The translations under genes and the position numbers were made by a program. A model generated the notes under the pieces. It did not search any database. It was given only the letters and a program-made list of their open reading frames with translations, and was not told where the DNA came from. Below, one piece after another: positions 1 to 13,117 of a stretch of DNA of 64,000 nt; the stretch's first letter is position 1; each line of letters starts with the position of its first letter. The DNA comes from Octopus vulgaris (lineage: Eukaryota). The stretch lies in the NCBI GenBank assembly GCA_951406725.2, contig OX597825.1, positions 35,092,001-35,156,000 of the forward strand, read 5' to 3'.

Positions 1-1715
1 CAAGTAGATTCTAAACCAAACTATATCAGTCATGGAAAAATTTTGTGAAACTGTAATCAATTGGATTGATGAACAAGTGACATTTGCCAAATTTAGTGCT
101 GTTATAAAAAAACACTAAAACATTGAAAGGTTTTGGACTGGACAACATTCCAGGAGAGAACATGACGGTGGCATGGTGATTAATCACTACATCAAAGATG
201 CATTGAATCAGGGATTGCATGGAATAATAGTATACACCTGAGTATATACCGTAACATCTATAAAACAAAGGAGACAAATCTGTTTTGCTAACTGTGGATA
301 AATAGCACTCTTTTCATTGCTGGGTAGTCTTTACTAAGATTTATTCAAAATACTGATTCCATCAGTGCCAGGAAACATCACACAAGAGGCACAATACAGC
401 TTTCAAAGGAACTGGAGCACAATCAGCAGATTCTTTGTTACAAAACAACTTAAAGAAGAATACAGAAACCAACATTAGGATCTGTTTATTGCATGGGCGT
501 TTGTGAATCTGTGTAAAGTGTTTGATGCTGTAAACAGGCAAATTCTGTGGAATGTTCATAGAAAGTTTGGCTGCCCACCTAAATCCATGAATCTTCTCTG
601 CCAGTTGAATGCAGAGACAAGGTCCAATATGTTATTGGAGGGCAGAAATTTGTGCCCTTAAATTGCAGAAATAGGTGCCAGAAAAGTTATGAACTATCCT
701 CTATATTGTTTAATCTCTTCCTTGTCTTGTTACCACACAGTTAACTGATGAACAGAAAGGGAGACAAAAGACACAATTAACATTATTTCTCAACAGGGAC
801 CTTTTCAACATCAGAAAGCTTAACAGGTCATTGAATTACAGTGTACTGATGACTGTGCTGTATAGCTTGTACTCTTGATGCACACAGTTTCATCCATCAT
901 TTGAGCTCATGAAAGAAAGCTTATTAATGTCCAGAAAATTGAGATCATCTTTCATTGATGTACTCTGCTGCTATTTCTCCTCCTACTTTTTCAGTACATC
1001 AGTTACAAGACATGCTTTCTCAATTCAAATGTTTATGTAACAACATTCAAATTAGTACATGCAGGACAAAGATACTCTAAACAGTCTTAGAAAGACCTCT
1101 TTATCTTCTGGAAGGCTCGGATAGAGAGTCTTTCTTAGCAATCATCCCAGTCTCTATACAAAGCCTATGCTTATACTGTCCTGTATGGGTGTAAAATATG
1201 GACCATAGATTGCTAGCAGATTAGAATGCTGGAAACTGCTATCAACCAGTGTTTCTGGAAGTTCCTTTTAGTTACTGGCCAAAATAGGATTTCATACAGA
1301 AATTCTCCATTGAACGAACACAAACAATATTACATCTACACTATACAGACATTAACTGAGATGGTTTGACCTTGTAGTATGCATTTCTGACTTGAATCTC
1401 TCCAGTATCATCCATGGTCATGACTAATGCCTAGATAGAAGACCAAATAAGTGGTTCGTTGAAGAGAAGCAACATAAAATTTTAAGGGTGGAAAAGACAC
1501 CACTTAACCTTCCCAAACTTTGGTGGTCTCATTAATGGAGGGTACTTGGAAATATGGAAGATAAACTTATTCAGCACAACCAGGATAAGCAGGAAAGATA
1601 AGTACTACCAGGACAGAGTTACACCTGGAGCTGCCAACCAAATATCTACGTGTCCATTCTGTGACCAAAGCTGTACATCAGAGACAGGATGTACAGGCAT
1701 TGATAGGATCCACTA
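1..1715 (+). mobile_element. Decayed RTE/BovB-like LINE ORF2 remnant (RT domain to C-terminus)
   Basis: Frameshifted RT-like motifs read by eye: GLDNIP (~136), KVFDAVNRQILW (~515-550), a degenerate xDDC catalytic region (~845), QLRWF (~1355) and a C-terminal CPFCDQSCTS knuckle (~1650). Many stops. Confidence 0.75.
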
Positions 1716-1997
1716 AAGAATTGGCCATCATCATATTGAAATTTACATACATAAATCTACCAAAATCAACAAATGAAAAAAATTACATAACTCCAATGAA
1801 TAAAACGTGTTCTTATTATAGAAGTAAAAATATTTTTAATAGTATATCTCTAAATAAAGCTAAATCAAAAAGAAACAACCCACCAAATACATAGGTTCAA
1901 GCCATATGTAAAATACAACCCCCATAGATAATATTAGTTATAATGATAAAAAAATGAACACTAATGTTACATACAAAGTCGAGAAGCATTCAAAGGC

Positions 1998-2035
<38 letters not shown>

Positions 2036-2611
2036 AATTAGTATTTATTGTAAAAACTCTTTCATGCTAACAATAATAGAACATGCATTCCAGCATGCAA
2101 CACAAGAAAAACAAAGTAGATAATGTATTTGCATATCTATCGATATGTGTGTGTGCTTGTATGTATGTATCTATCTGAGTGCATTTGTATGTATGTATGT
2201 ATGTATGTATGTGTGTGTGTGTGTGTGAGATAGAGAAGGAGAGAGAGAGAGAGATAGAGAGAGAGAAAGATAACATAAATTTAGAAAAAAATTTGCAATA
2301 GAAATAACTACATGAAAGTGATAAAGAGGGAAAAAAAGGGGGAAGAAGAGAAGGGATTTCCCTGTCTTTTTCCATTTCTTTATCATTCTCACATACAACA
2401 GATAGTGAAATGAAGGAGAAGATATAGAGAGTAAGAAACGGCTTTGTTGTATCTCTGAAGGGTCATTATGCCAATAATAAACTTATGCACTGGTTCTATT
2501 TCATTTCTTTATTATTATTATTATTGCTAAGTACCAGTGACATTCTGGGGTCGATGTAATCAACTAGTCCCCTCCCACAAAATTTCAGGCCTTGTGCTTA
2601 TGAAAGTAAGG

Positions 2612-2656
<45 letters not shown>

Positions 2657-2669
2657 GTTGTTGTTATTA

Positions 2670-2980
2670 GTCAATTGGTTAATAATTTAACCAATTAGCT
2701 AATTAATTAGTTGATTAATTCTTTGGTTACTCAATCATTCAATCTATCAGCTAAGTCTGTCAAAGTCTTTTTATTGCCATTCCAGACCTCGTCCATGACC
2801 CCCCCTCCAGGTTTGTTTTAGTTTTATTTGTCACTGCGACAGAAAGACCTGAAATAGCGGGGGCATGTCATTAATGAGGTCATAAATGGCAATGAAAGGA
2901 CTTTGACAAACCACGCTGGTTGATTGGTTAACCATAGGATTAACCAAACAAACAAATAGTTAACTGGTTAAATGATTGAC
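2670..2980. mobile_element. Foldback MITE-like element, possibly Tourist/PIF-Harbinger type
   Basis: Long imperfect inverted arms: gtcaat...tttaacca vs tggttaaatgattgac, and tgtcaaagtc...attgccatt...gacctc...catgac...ccccc vs ggggg...gtcat...gaggtc...aatggcaat...gactttgaca. TTA lies on both flanks (2667-2669, 2981-2983). Confidence 0.7.
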
Positions 2981-3679
2981 TTATAAGAATAAAAGAAGTG
3001 AAAGACAACCAGTGTGTGTGTGTTTATTATTGGCACAATGATCCTCCTTTGAGACAACAAAATATGTTTCAATGTATGAGTTCACATCAAGAATCTTGCA
3101 AACCAAATACAAAAACGAAATAAATGGTTGATTAGTAGAAAGATATAACATAAGTAAGAAGAAAAATGAGCAAGACATAGAATAGGGAAGCATTATTTTT
3201 GCCAGTATCATTCCTGTTAGTATTATTATTGTTAGCAGTAATAATATCAACAGTAGAAGTATTGGTGTTAATTGTAGTAATGTTAGCAATATTAAGAATA
3301 AGGAGAAAAACAAGGAAAAAACATGAATGACTGATTCCAAAGTATTGATGAACAAGCAATATATTTGTTAGAAAAAGGAAAAAAACCAAGATCAGAGTAG
3401 TAAAACATGTCAAAATCAAAGCATGCAAGCAAGCAAGCTGTTTAAACCAAGCCCCTCGAGTTAATAGTTAAATTTCAACTGGGTTAAATGAATTAAGAAA
3501 CCAAAGAAAAATAAAGACAATAAACGCAAAAAAACAGCCTTATGTTGAAGTAAAAGTGGTACAAACCTGAGAGATGCATGAGATGAGCTTGACTGCACTG
3601 ATGCCGACCTGAATACAATACAACCTGAATAGTGTGGGAGAGACTACTGTGATATTTGACTTTGCCAAACACATTGATA

Positions 3680-4125
3680 AGAAAGAGAATGACGTGGACA
3701 ATAGCAGACAATGACAACACACAGAGCAGAGACAATGACGGAGAAGAGGTGACAGTGATAAGGAAAATATGACGGTGATAGAGAAAGAAATGATTGTGAC
3801 ATGGACAATATAAGATGAGAAGACAATGAAAGAGTGTAAATGACATTAGAAACAGCTGATGATAAGAGATAGAGAGGACATGACAAAAGGAATGAAAAGA
3901 TGATAATATTAGAAAAGTGATGACAGTAACACAGAAGAGACAACAATAAAGAAGAGATGGCAAAAGAGAAGGAAATGATGGTGACAGGTTTTGAAGAGAC
4001 ACTGATAGGGAGGAAACAATATTTACAAGGAACAGATGACATTGATAGGAAACAGATGACAAAGACGGAATAGACAACAATGAGAGCAGACAGACAGTTG
4101 GCAGTAATAGAGATAATGGCAGGGT
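3680..4125. repeat. Degenerate purine-rich minisatellite (GACAATGA/GTGACAG/AGAGA-like units)
   Basis: Recurrent gacaatga, gtgacag and agagac motifs. Explains the spurious Ser/Leu-rich minus-strand ORFs. Confidence 0.6.
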
Positions 4126-4689
4126 TCTGGTAATTGTTGTTGAGTAAATTCCATCAGCCCTATTTCAGGAAACTTACACCATGAAATAGAGTTATCTTTT
4201 TGAAAAGACTAATAAAAACGCACTGACCAAGCAAATCACTTCATCTAGTAATTCCGTTTCGTTTGAACATTTTTTTTTCTATTCAACCAATATTTTTATT
4301 GCAATCAATCTGTCTTTATTTGATTTGGTCAATAATGTCATAAGGTTCATAATAGGAGACATGTCATGTGTGATTCCTCAGTTCAGAGAAAAATGTGGTT
4401 GCTATGTTAAATAAGTCGAGTGTAGAGATAAATAGTTAAATAGTCAATCACTGAGACTATGACAGTATGATGTAGTGATGGCAGGCGATAAAAAAAAAAT
4501 TGAAATTTGTTTCTTTCATAAAATACAAGTTTTAGTTTATGTTTATCACACACACACGCACAGTCAGCGAAAGAGTCTGTTCTGTGTTTTAAGCATTTGT
4601 AAGGATATCATGAAATACAAACATACCATACTGATGTAGTTTAATAAATAACTTTCTTTCATACACACATTTCATCAATCTTATTTTTC

Positions 4690-4881
4690 CCCACGCCATG
4701 ATAGATCGTTAGCCACTACACACATTTTTTTCCCTCCTTGTTTTTTTCTGTGTCCATTTCTGTTGAAGAGCGTAGGCTTGAAACATAAAAGACTTTTTCT
4801 ATTCCTGAGCTTTATACTAATACATCTGTTTGTTTTGCACACCACCTGTCTTCGTCTTTTGTTTTTTTCATAAACTCTCCC
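4690..4881 (+). mobile_element. Penelope-like pseudo-LTR fragment with hammerhead-like motif, ending at (TA)n
   Basis: Homologous to the 3' end of the GIY-YIG element at 54653-54860 (reverse strand). Contains tttCTGTTGAaGAGCgtagGCTtGAAAcatAaaag at 4757-4790. Confidence 0.8.
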
Positions 4882-4912
<31 letters not shown>

Positions 4913-5429
4913 GTTATGCTATAATATTTAATGAAGAGTATTTAATGGTGAGAAAAATTTAGCAATGTTTTGACAGTAACAGTGTCACAAAAACAATCGT
5001 AATATGAGATTTTTTTAATATCTATATACATATCTCCATGTTTATTTTTAAGTAAAGTTGTTTATGAAAACAGCCAAACATTAAACTGAGGGATAAAGTG
5101 AAACTCTTCAATATATTCAATTTAACAAGGAAAATGCTCATTGTGACCTCAAAGTTTTGGCTTACTAGCCATCATCAGTCTGTGGATGGATAATAGGTTG
5201 AAATGTCAAAGTTTCTGTCAATCTTCCCTTCTAAAAATTAATATATCATCATCACTTAGCATCTGTTTTTGATAAATATAGAATATCCATAATCACAGTT
5301 AGTTGCATTCAGGAATCCATTTAGAAAGTGTAACAATGGTTGTTTCTGACAGGGTCCAGTGAATGAGGTGCCAGACGACTTTATATCCATGGTCTTCTCA
5401 GGAAGAGTGGGTGGAGAAGCTGGACGTTT

Positions 5430-5831
<402 letters not shown>

Positions 5832-6210
5832 GTCAATTAAAAAGACAAAAGAAAACTCAATCAAATGTGAGGATGTAGCACAAGCAATGTATTAATATGA
5901 CATTCAAAGGGTAGTTGTCTTACATTTCGAGCATAGCTCTTCATTGGAAACAGGAAAAATAAGAAAGTTTAATGGGAAAAAGGAAGGAGGAAAACAATTA
6001 TCAACCAACAGTCCATGGGCTGTTGTATTTCTGAAGCGAGGAAGAGAAAGTGCTTTCTGGGACAGGAGAGTGTGAAGATGGTTGGCATGTGTGTGTGTGT
6101 GCGTGTGTGTGGCAGTAACTGCGTGTGTGTGTGCATGGTAGCATGTGATGGTAACTGTGTGTGTGTGTGCATGTGTGGTGTGTGTATGTAGCAGTGTGTG
6201 TGGTATTAAC
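5832..6210 (-). mobile_element. Related Penelope-like pseudo-LTR with degenerate hammerhead, tail-to-tail with the 5430 copy
   Basis: Minus strand 5951-5917 reads gttt-CCAATGA-a-GAGC-tat-GCTC-GAAA-tg-TA-agac. Same layout as the 54653 element: CA-rich tract, then motif, then T-rich tail into (TA)n. Confidence 0.6.
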
Positions 6211-6960
6211 TGTGTTTACTTTGAATTTAATCTGTTTTGGATTGCCTTTATAATGATGTTGTTAGCATATATTTTCAGATATAGGATATTAATTTGACTG
6301 GTCGTGTATTCTATTTTCTGTATCAAAATATGCTGGCACAGTAGAAACGATTATCAGTAATGTATGGTGTAATCACCAATTAAAGATGTGATTTTCTCCA
6401 TTCTTATTCTTGTCTTATACTCCAAGTTTCTTGAAATTCTTCTGAACAATATTTGGATTTATTTGTCATATATGAAGAATTTCCTAGAATGTTTTTTTTA
6501 CTTGCATTTGTTGCTATCTGATTGTTTGATGTAGTTAACCAAATTCATTTAACACTGAGTGCATTATAGATATGTTCAGCCAGAGGAGCATGATGTAACA
6601 CATCTGTTTGCCAATAAAAAACACGTGTAAAACAGCTGAAGTGAACCACAATCCATCTGTTGTTATTTGTTTATCTGGCACCTAACTTAGAACATGTAAT
6701 TCATTTGTATATAGAATCTACAGACAGTGGTACAATAAGTGCAGTGAGCGTACCCATGGGTGACCTTGATGATTAATTGTGTATTTAGTCAATCATTTGT
6801 GAATGTATGCATAACTGGAGTAAAAGTCCGTGTTTACTTTAGTAAGTATGTATTTGTCCTTAAATACTGTTTGTACATGATACGATTACAACTGACTTGA
6901 CCTTGGTGCTTTCACTATTTAAGTACCTGATTCTCTTGCGTCTGGGAAATTTTATACATA

Positions 6961-7176
6961 TTCTTTTATTCTTTTACTTGTTTCAGCCATTTGGCTGTGG
7001 CCATGCTGGAACACTGCCTTAAAGGGTTTTTAGACGAAGAAATTGACTTATTCTTTGTAAGCCTAGTACTTATTCTATTGGTCTCTTTTGTCAGACTGCT
7101 AAGTTACATGGACATAAACATACTAACATCAGTTGCCAAGCAACAGTGGGAGACAAACAGATACATACACACATAA

Positions 7177-7207
<31 letters not shown>

Positions 7208-7365
7208 CAATGAGCTTCTTTCAGTTTCCATCTACCAAATCCACTCACAAGGTTTTGGTTGGCCCAAGGCTATTGTAAAAGACACCTACCCAAGGTGTCA
7301 CACTGTGGGACTGAACCTGGAACTATGTGGTTGAAAAGTAGGTTTCTTACCACACAGCCACACCT
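6961..7365 (-). mobile_element. SINE family B (tRNA-derived, CORE-like, octopus OR-type)
   Basis: Diverged reverse-complement copy of the 22791-23203 element. Confidence 0.9.
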
Positions 7366-8999
7366 GTATATATACATATATGAGGTACTGCACAGTGGGA
7401 TTAAACAGGAAGCCACACAATTGCTTAGCGAAATTCTGAATCATGCAGCCATACATGTGTTCATGTCCATACCTACACTTAACATTGACATATGAAATAG
7501 TTCAGAATATTCACTTGTGGGAAAACATATGCACTGGAGACAAATCTTAATATATTCATTGACAAAATATTCAAATACATTGATTGGTGAAATATATGAA
7601 TATATCCCTTACTGGTATTTATATTTTCAGAAAACTTAATTATTTTGTGCAGATCTATTTATAGATCAGTTAAGCAAAGGCTATAACTTTTCCTAAAAAG
7701 ATTCATTTGGAGATCGTGTCATCATTTGATGGAATTCAAGTAATCTAAAGCATTAAGTATCCATGGAAAGCTAATATTGTCGATATAATTATTAAGCAAT
7801 GATCATGAAGATAATGGTAACAGTCTGATACTGATGTTAATTTTGTTGAGTTGGTGATAGCAATGTCAAAATTAGAACTGAAAAATGCACATGCTCAAAA
7901 GGGTTGCAGAATATCATGATAAACTTTAAAAAGTATGGGTCTAGCATTGTTGCAATAAAATACTGGAATCACTATATGTTGTACATTTTGTGGCATCTTA
8001 AAACAAAAAGAGACTCGTGTGTGAATTATGATGGCATGATAATAATTAAACAGAGTTCTTAATGCTCTCAGTTCAAATCACACGAAAATTAACTTTACCT
8101 TTCATCTTTCTGGAGTTGATAAAGTAAATATTTGCCAACTAGTTGGTCGATATAAACAACTCTACTTAACTTGTTGTTTGTGGCCTTGTATCTATGTTAA
8201 AAATCATTAATTATAATTATCATTTGGGAAGTGTGTGACAAAATTGGTTACACATGGATAATTTGAGGTGTATTATCATGTCATTTAATTTTGTGTTCAA
8301 ATGCTGCTAAAGTTACATTAACTGCATAAATACTTGCAAAGTACAAATGTTGAATAAATTCACATGCTTCTTACCTCAAAATATGAGGTCATATAAAAAA
8401 TTTAGAATTTATTCATTATAATATTATCATCACCCTGGTCATCATTGTCTTTTAATTGTTGTGCTATCATTATATATATAATAATTGTTTTGCATTCTAA
8501 AAAGATTCCTTGATTTTCTTTCACACACACACACATAGGTTGATAGATAGACAGATATATAGCAGTATGAATTCTCACATTTCTTAGATTTTTAAATACA
8601 ATTCTGAAGCTATTCAATATCATTTACCAATTGTTAGCATACAGAATAAAATACATTGTAGCATTGCTTCCAGCTCTTTAGACTCTGTGTTCAAATTCCG
8701 TCAAGGTCAATTTTGCTTTTCATCTTTGCAGGATTGATGAAATAAAAGTTACAGTCAATATGTACTGGAGTTGATGTAATCAATGGAATTATTGTATTAT
8801 TTGTCTACAAGATTTGTTTTACTTGAGTTGGTTCAAGTCTTTCCCTCACTGAGCTATTATTTTGTTTGATGTCCGAGGAATTAGATTCATTATTTTCTTT
8901 AGGTATACACCTGCTCATCTTTTCTTAAGTTCTTTGTCTCTGATTGTACCTTTCTTGGTCTGTAATGAATGTGTATGTGAGTGATATATATATATATAT

Positions 9000-9033
<34 letters not shown>

Positions 9034-9169
9034 TCTGTATGATTATATCTTCTTGTCTTGAAATCATGTGATAGCTGTAAGTGAGAGTCACTGTCGTATA
9101 AGCAGTCATACATTCCTAATATTCTGTAAAAACATGTCTGACCTTGGGCAAACATTACCTTGCTAAGAA

Positions 9170-9262
9170 ACATATAAGACTTGGTAACAGAAAGGACATC
9201 TAGCCATAGAAAAACCTACAGCAACAAATTCTGTCCAACCCATGCAGGCATGATGATGATTA
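9170..9262 (+). mobile_element. SINE family D fragment (Meta-domain-like) with (GAT)n tail
   Basis: ttggtaacagaaaggacatctagccatagaaaa...gtccaacccatgc...gatgatgat matches the 13908 copy in reverse. Confidence 0.6.
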
Positions 9263-9500
9263 TTATAAATGTGACATTTTTTACAACCACCACTGATTGT
9301 TTTGGATGTAAATTATTTTTGGCACAGTAATATTCTTCAATAATTTCATTGCTTCCATCATTACAGTTGTATTTAGTTTTCTATTAAATACTATAAAATT
9401 TCTATCTTAGCACTTGCATTTGTTGTCATTTGAATAATTGCATATGTCATCATTGCTATTTTATATCATATATACATTTGCTCCCCATTTGCATCTCTTC

Positions 9501-9561
<61 letters not shown>

Positions 9562-10117
9562 GTGTATGTGTGTGTATACATATATATATATATATATCTC
9601 CTTATTATCCCACTTTTTGTTTTACTTGTTTTATTAGAAATTTATAGAAATAGATAAACTCTTCGGAAATGTCTGCTTTCCCTGGTCTAGTTTTATTATA
9701 GTCAGATTGGTTTCTTCTCTTCCTTTCTTCACGATTTTTGAGAATATTCATTTAGCAGTGAAGTCTTGTGTTTATCTTTTAACACGTTCCACCTGGTGCT
9801 ATTCATTTATTTAAGATAATGTATATTTAAATGTTTGTTACCTCTTTTATTCAATTGTTCCACTACTACGTCTACTGCTACCACTACCATCACCATCACC
9901 TATGTTTCTTGATTGAATAACTTACCCGTTTCAGTATATACAACAATGAAATTTGTATGATATCACTAAGTACCAATGCGGGAATGTAAGCGCCTGAGTT
10001 AATGGTAAGAGAGAAGAAGTAATATTTCATTGATTTAGCTATTTGCAACTTGGAAATGTTAGAAATTCTTCAATGTAATCTTTAAATCATTCATCACAGT
10101 GACAATAACATTCTAAT

Positions 10118-10175
<58 letters not shown>

Positions 10176-10536
10176 ATATTTACTATTGAGAATACCTGTC
10201 AAAACAATGTATCCACAACACATCCACAAGCAAGAAAATTATTAATGAGCATTAGTGGTTAGACTGAAGTGAATGGAGTTCAACAAAGATTTGAAACCAG
10301 ATCACAGTTTTAGTCTGCAAAAATAGCATATAGCCTGCAATGTGTCTATTCTAGAAATAACCAGTGCTGCAAGAAGTAAATTCCCTGGGAATAAACTTGA
10401 CGATCCAGTTTTGATATTCACATAAAGTTACTTTATTTCATTTCAACAACAATTCTCATTTATAAATCATAAAGTATTACTGTTTCATTTCCATATATAA
10501 CATATATATATATATATATATATATATGGGGTGAAA

Positions 10537-10845
10537 GAGTCAGCATGGGCTAGTGGTTAGAGCAGTGGACTCGCGTTCGAGGGATCGCTGGTTTGAATCT
10601 CAGACTGGGTGATGTGTGTTTATGAGCAAAACACCTAAGCTCCATGCAGCTGTGACAGAAGGTAACGGTGAACTTCTGCTGACTCTTTTGTCACAACTTT
10701 CTCTCATTGTTTCCTCCTGCATCTAACAGCTCACTTACAATGGGCCAGCATCCATTCAGGTAGGGAAATTATACACTAAAGAAACTGGAAAACCAGCCCT
10801 TATGAGCCAGGTGTGGCTCGAGAAGGAACAAACAACAAAACAAAC
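10537..10845 (+). mobile_element. SINE family C (tRNA head), diverged copy
   Basis: A-box tgggctagtggttag, B-box ggtttgaatctc and gagcaaaacacctaagctcca are shared with the 29550, 41707 and 27255 copies. Confidence 0.8.
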
Positions 10846-10866
10846 GCATATATATATATATGCATG

Positions 10867-10909
<43 letters not shown>

Positions 10910-10957
10910 GCATATATATATATATGCGTTTGTTTTGTTGTTTGTTCCTTCTCGAGC

Positions 10958-10961
<4 letters not shown>
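10812..10961. repeat. Near-perfect inverted duplication centred on a (TA)n tract
   Basis: tgtggctcgagaaggaacaaacaacaaaacaaacgcat...tgcatgta is mirrored by tacatgca...atgcgtttgttttgttgtttgttccttctcgagccaca. Confidence 0.95.
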
Positions 10962-11008
<47 letters not shown>

Positions 11009-11069
11009 ACTCATGTCAATATGGAAAGCATAAATACCTATATATATGAGTGAATAAGATGCTCTACCC

Positions 11070-12330
11070 ATAAAGGATGAAGCAGAGAAGATGCTAAAAC
11101 TATAGGACTATCTCTCTGAACTCTCATGTCAGTAAAGTCATGAAACAAATAGTCTGGAGGATGCTAATTACATTCCTTGAAGAGAATGACATGCTGACTG
11201 ACAGCCAGCATGGTTTTTGACCAGGTAGAAGCTGCCTGGTACAGCTTTTACAGCACTACTCAAAAACTCAAATGGGAACCTGATATATCTTGCCTTTGCA
11301 AAAGTCTTTCATAAAGTCAATATGTCACAAGTCACATGATCTTGGCACTGTAGGGAAACTTGGAGAGTGACTACACAGCTTTCTAAAAGATAGAAAACAA
11401 GTAGAAGTAACCAATGGAGCTACCCCTAAGGAAATGCAAATGAGTGGTGTTCCACAGGGCACTATCTTAGGGCCACTGCTATTCATAGTGACCCTCTCAG
11501 ACATGCCCTCAGCTGATCAGATAGACACCTTTGCCAGCTGTGAAGATGATACAAAAGTCTCTCAGGATACAGAACTCTGGAGATGTAGTATACTGGCAGC
11601 AGAAGCTGTATGCAATATACAGATAGGCTGAGAACAATAATTTGCAGTTTAATGCTGGAAAATTCCAAGCCCTGTGCTACCAGTACACGAAAATGAATGA
11701 AATACAGACAGGATACACTGGCCCAGGTGGAACTGCAATCACTGAATCAAGACCAGTGTGACCTGGGTATTGACTTGAGTAATGATGCATCTTTCCAAAT
11801 GCATATTGCTGAGTTGACAATAAAATGCAGATGACTTCCTGGATGGGTTTTTAGAACTTTCAGAATGAGAGAAGAGAAAACCATGATGGTCACCTGAAGA
11901 ACATATGTACTCAACTACTATAGTCTCTGCAGTGTAAACTAAATGGTGGAACTTGAAGCAATCCACTGAAGCTACACAAAGAAGATTATCTCAATGCAAC
12001 TTGTCAGCTACTGGGAAAGGCTGACAAAAGTTATGGTTCTACTCCCTAGAATGAAGATGGGTAAGATATGCTTTGATACACATCTGGAAAATAAATACTG
12101 GAAATACTTGGGCCAAACTTAGGCATTGGAAGTTAAGAACAGGGTACCACTGCATGGTGCCAAAAATTCCAACATTGCCATCAGGAGACAGAACCAGACA
12201 CTGCAACAGCTTGGGTTTCAAGGGCTCACAACTTTTCAATATCATCTGCAAAAGCCTAGGAGACCTACATAGTGTGGATGTAGGTATCTTCAAAACAACT
12301 GGATCTTCTCTCCCTGCAGCAGGGAACACA
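11070..12330 (+). mobile_element. Decayed CR1-clade LINE ORF2 (reverse transcriptase)
   Basis: NYRTISL, DSQHGF..GRSC, SGVPQGTILGPLLF, EDDTKV (FADDTK-like), NNLQFNAGKFQ and SYWERL motifs. Frameshifted. Confidence 0.92.
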
Positions 12331-12539
12331 AATAAGGGCAGCAATATTAGCCTTTCTCTACTCGTTACTTTTGAAGTTTTCTTTGGAGTCAGATGTCAGT
12401 TTAGCTGGAAAGAAGCAATGCAGTTATTAATCAATGCATGCAAGATTTCACAGCTCCAGCATCACTCCTTTACAGCTTATACTCAGATGTGTGTGTGTGT
12501 GTTTTTGTATATATTTATATACACATATTACTGCTCCTA

Positions 12540-13117
12540 AATTGTCATCACAGAGCATCAAACTGGTGGTGGAACTTGTGTCAATCTAGCACCACTACAC
12601 AAAGAAGATTGACTCAGTGAAATGGACAAACTACTGGGAGAGGCTAAAGGAACCAAAGGTCTATTTCCTGGAGAGAAGGCATGAAAGACATGAAGTGATA
12701 TACATATGATGGAAGATCCTGAAAGTTCTAGCAACCAATTTTGGAACTGAAAGCTATACAAACCACTTAACTGCATGGCAATGCATAGTACCAGAGACCC
12801 TGTCTTCTCCATCTTGAATAAGGACCTAGTATTGCAACAACTTGGGTTTTAAGGATCCACAACTATTCACCATTCTGCCAGACAACCTCAGAGAATTGCG
12901 AGGTGTAGATGTGAAGGTCTTTAAAGAGCATCTACACAAATTTATAGCTGAGATGCTAGATGAACTGTACTACAACAGGAAACACAAAAAGGAGCAGTTC
13001 TGTCCAACTTGCTACTTCACCAGAAACAGTACAGAAATAAAAAATCCAAACACACTGAAAGGCAGTGCTCTAGTATGGCCTCAGCCTCTGGCTGAAACCA
13101 GTAAAAAGATAAAAGAT
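12540..13117 (+). mobile_element. Second CR1-clade LINE 3' fragment including 3' UTR
   Basis: Repeats the C-terminal segment (LGFKDPQLFTILPDNLRELRGVDVKVFK...DE...SNLLLHQ) seen at 12200-12300, followed by a hairpin-bearing tail at 13058-13117. Confidence 0.85.

Noticed and set aside
2981-4080. Hydrophobic minus-strand ORFs of 98-195 aa
   Set aside because: Reverse complement of A-rich low-complexity DNA, with no recognisable motifs.
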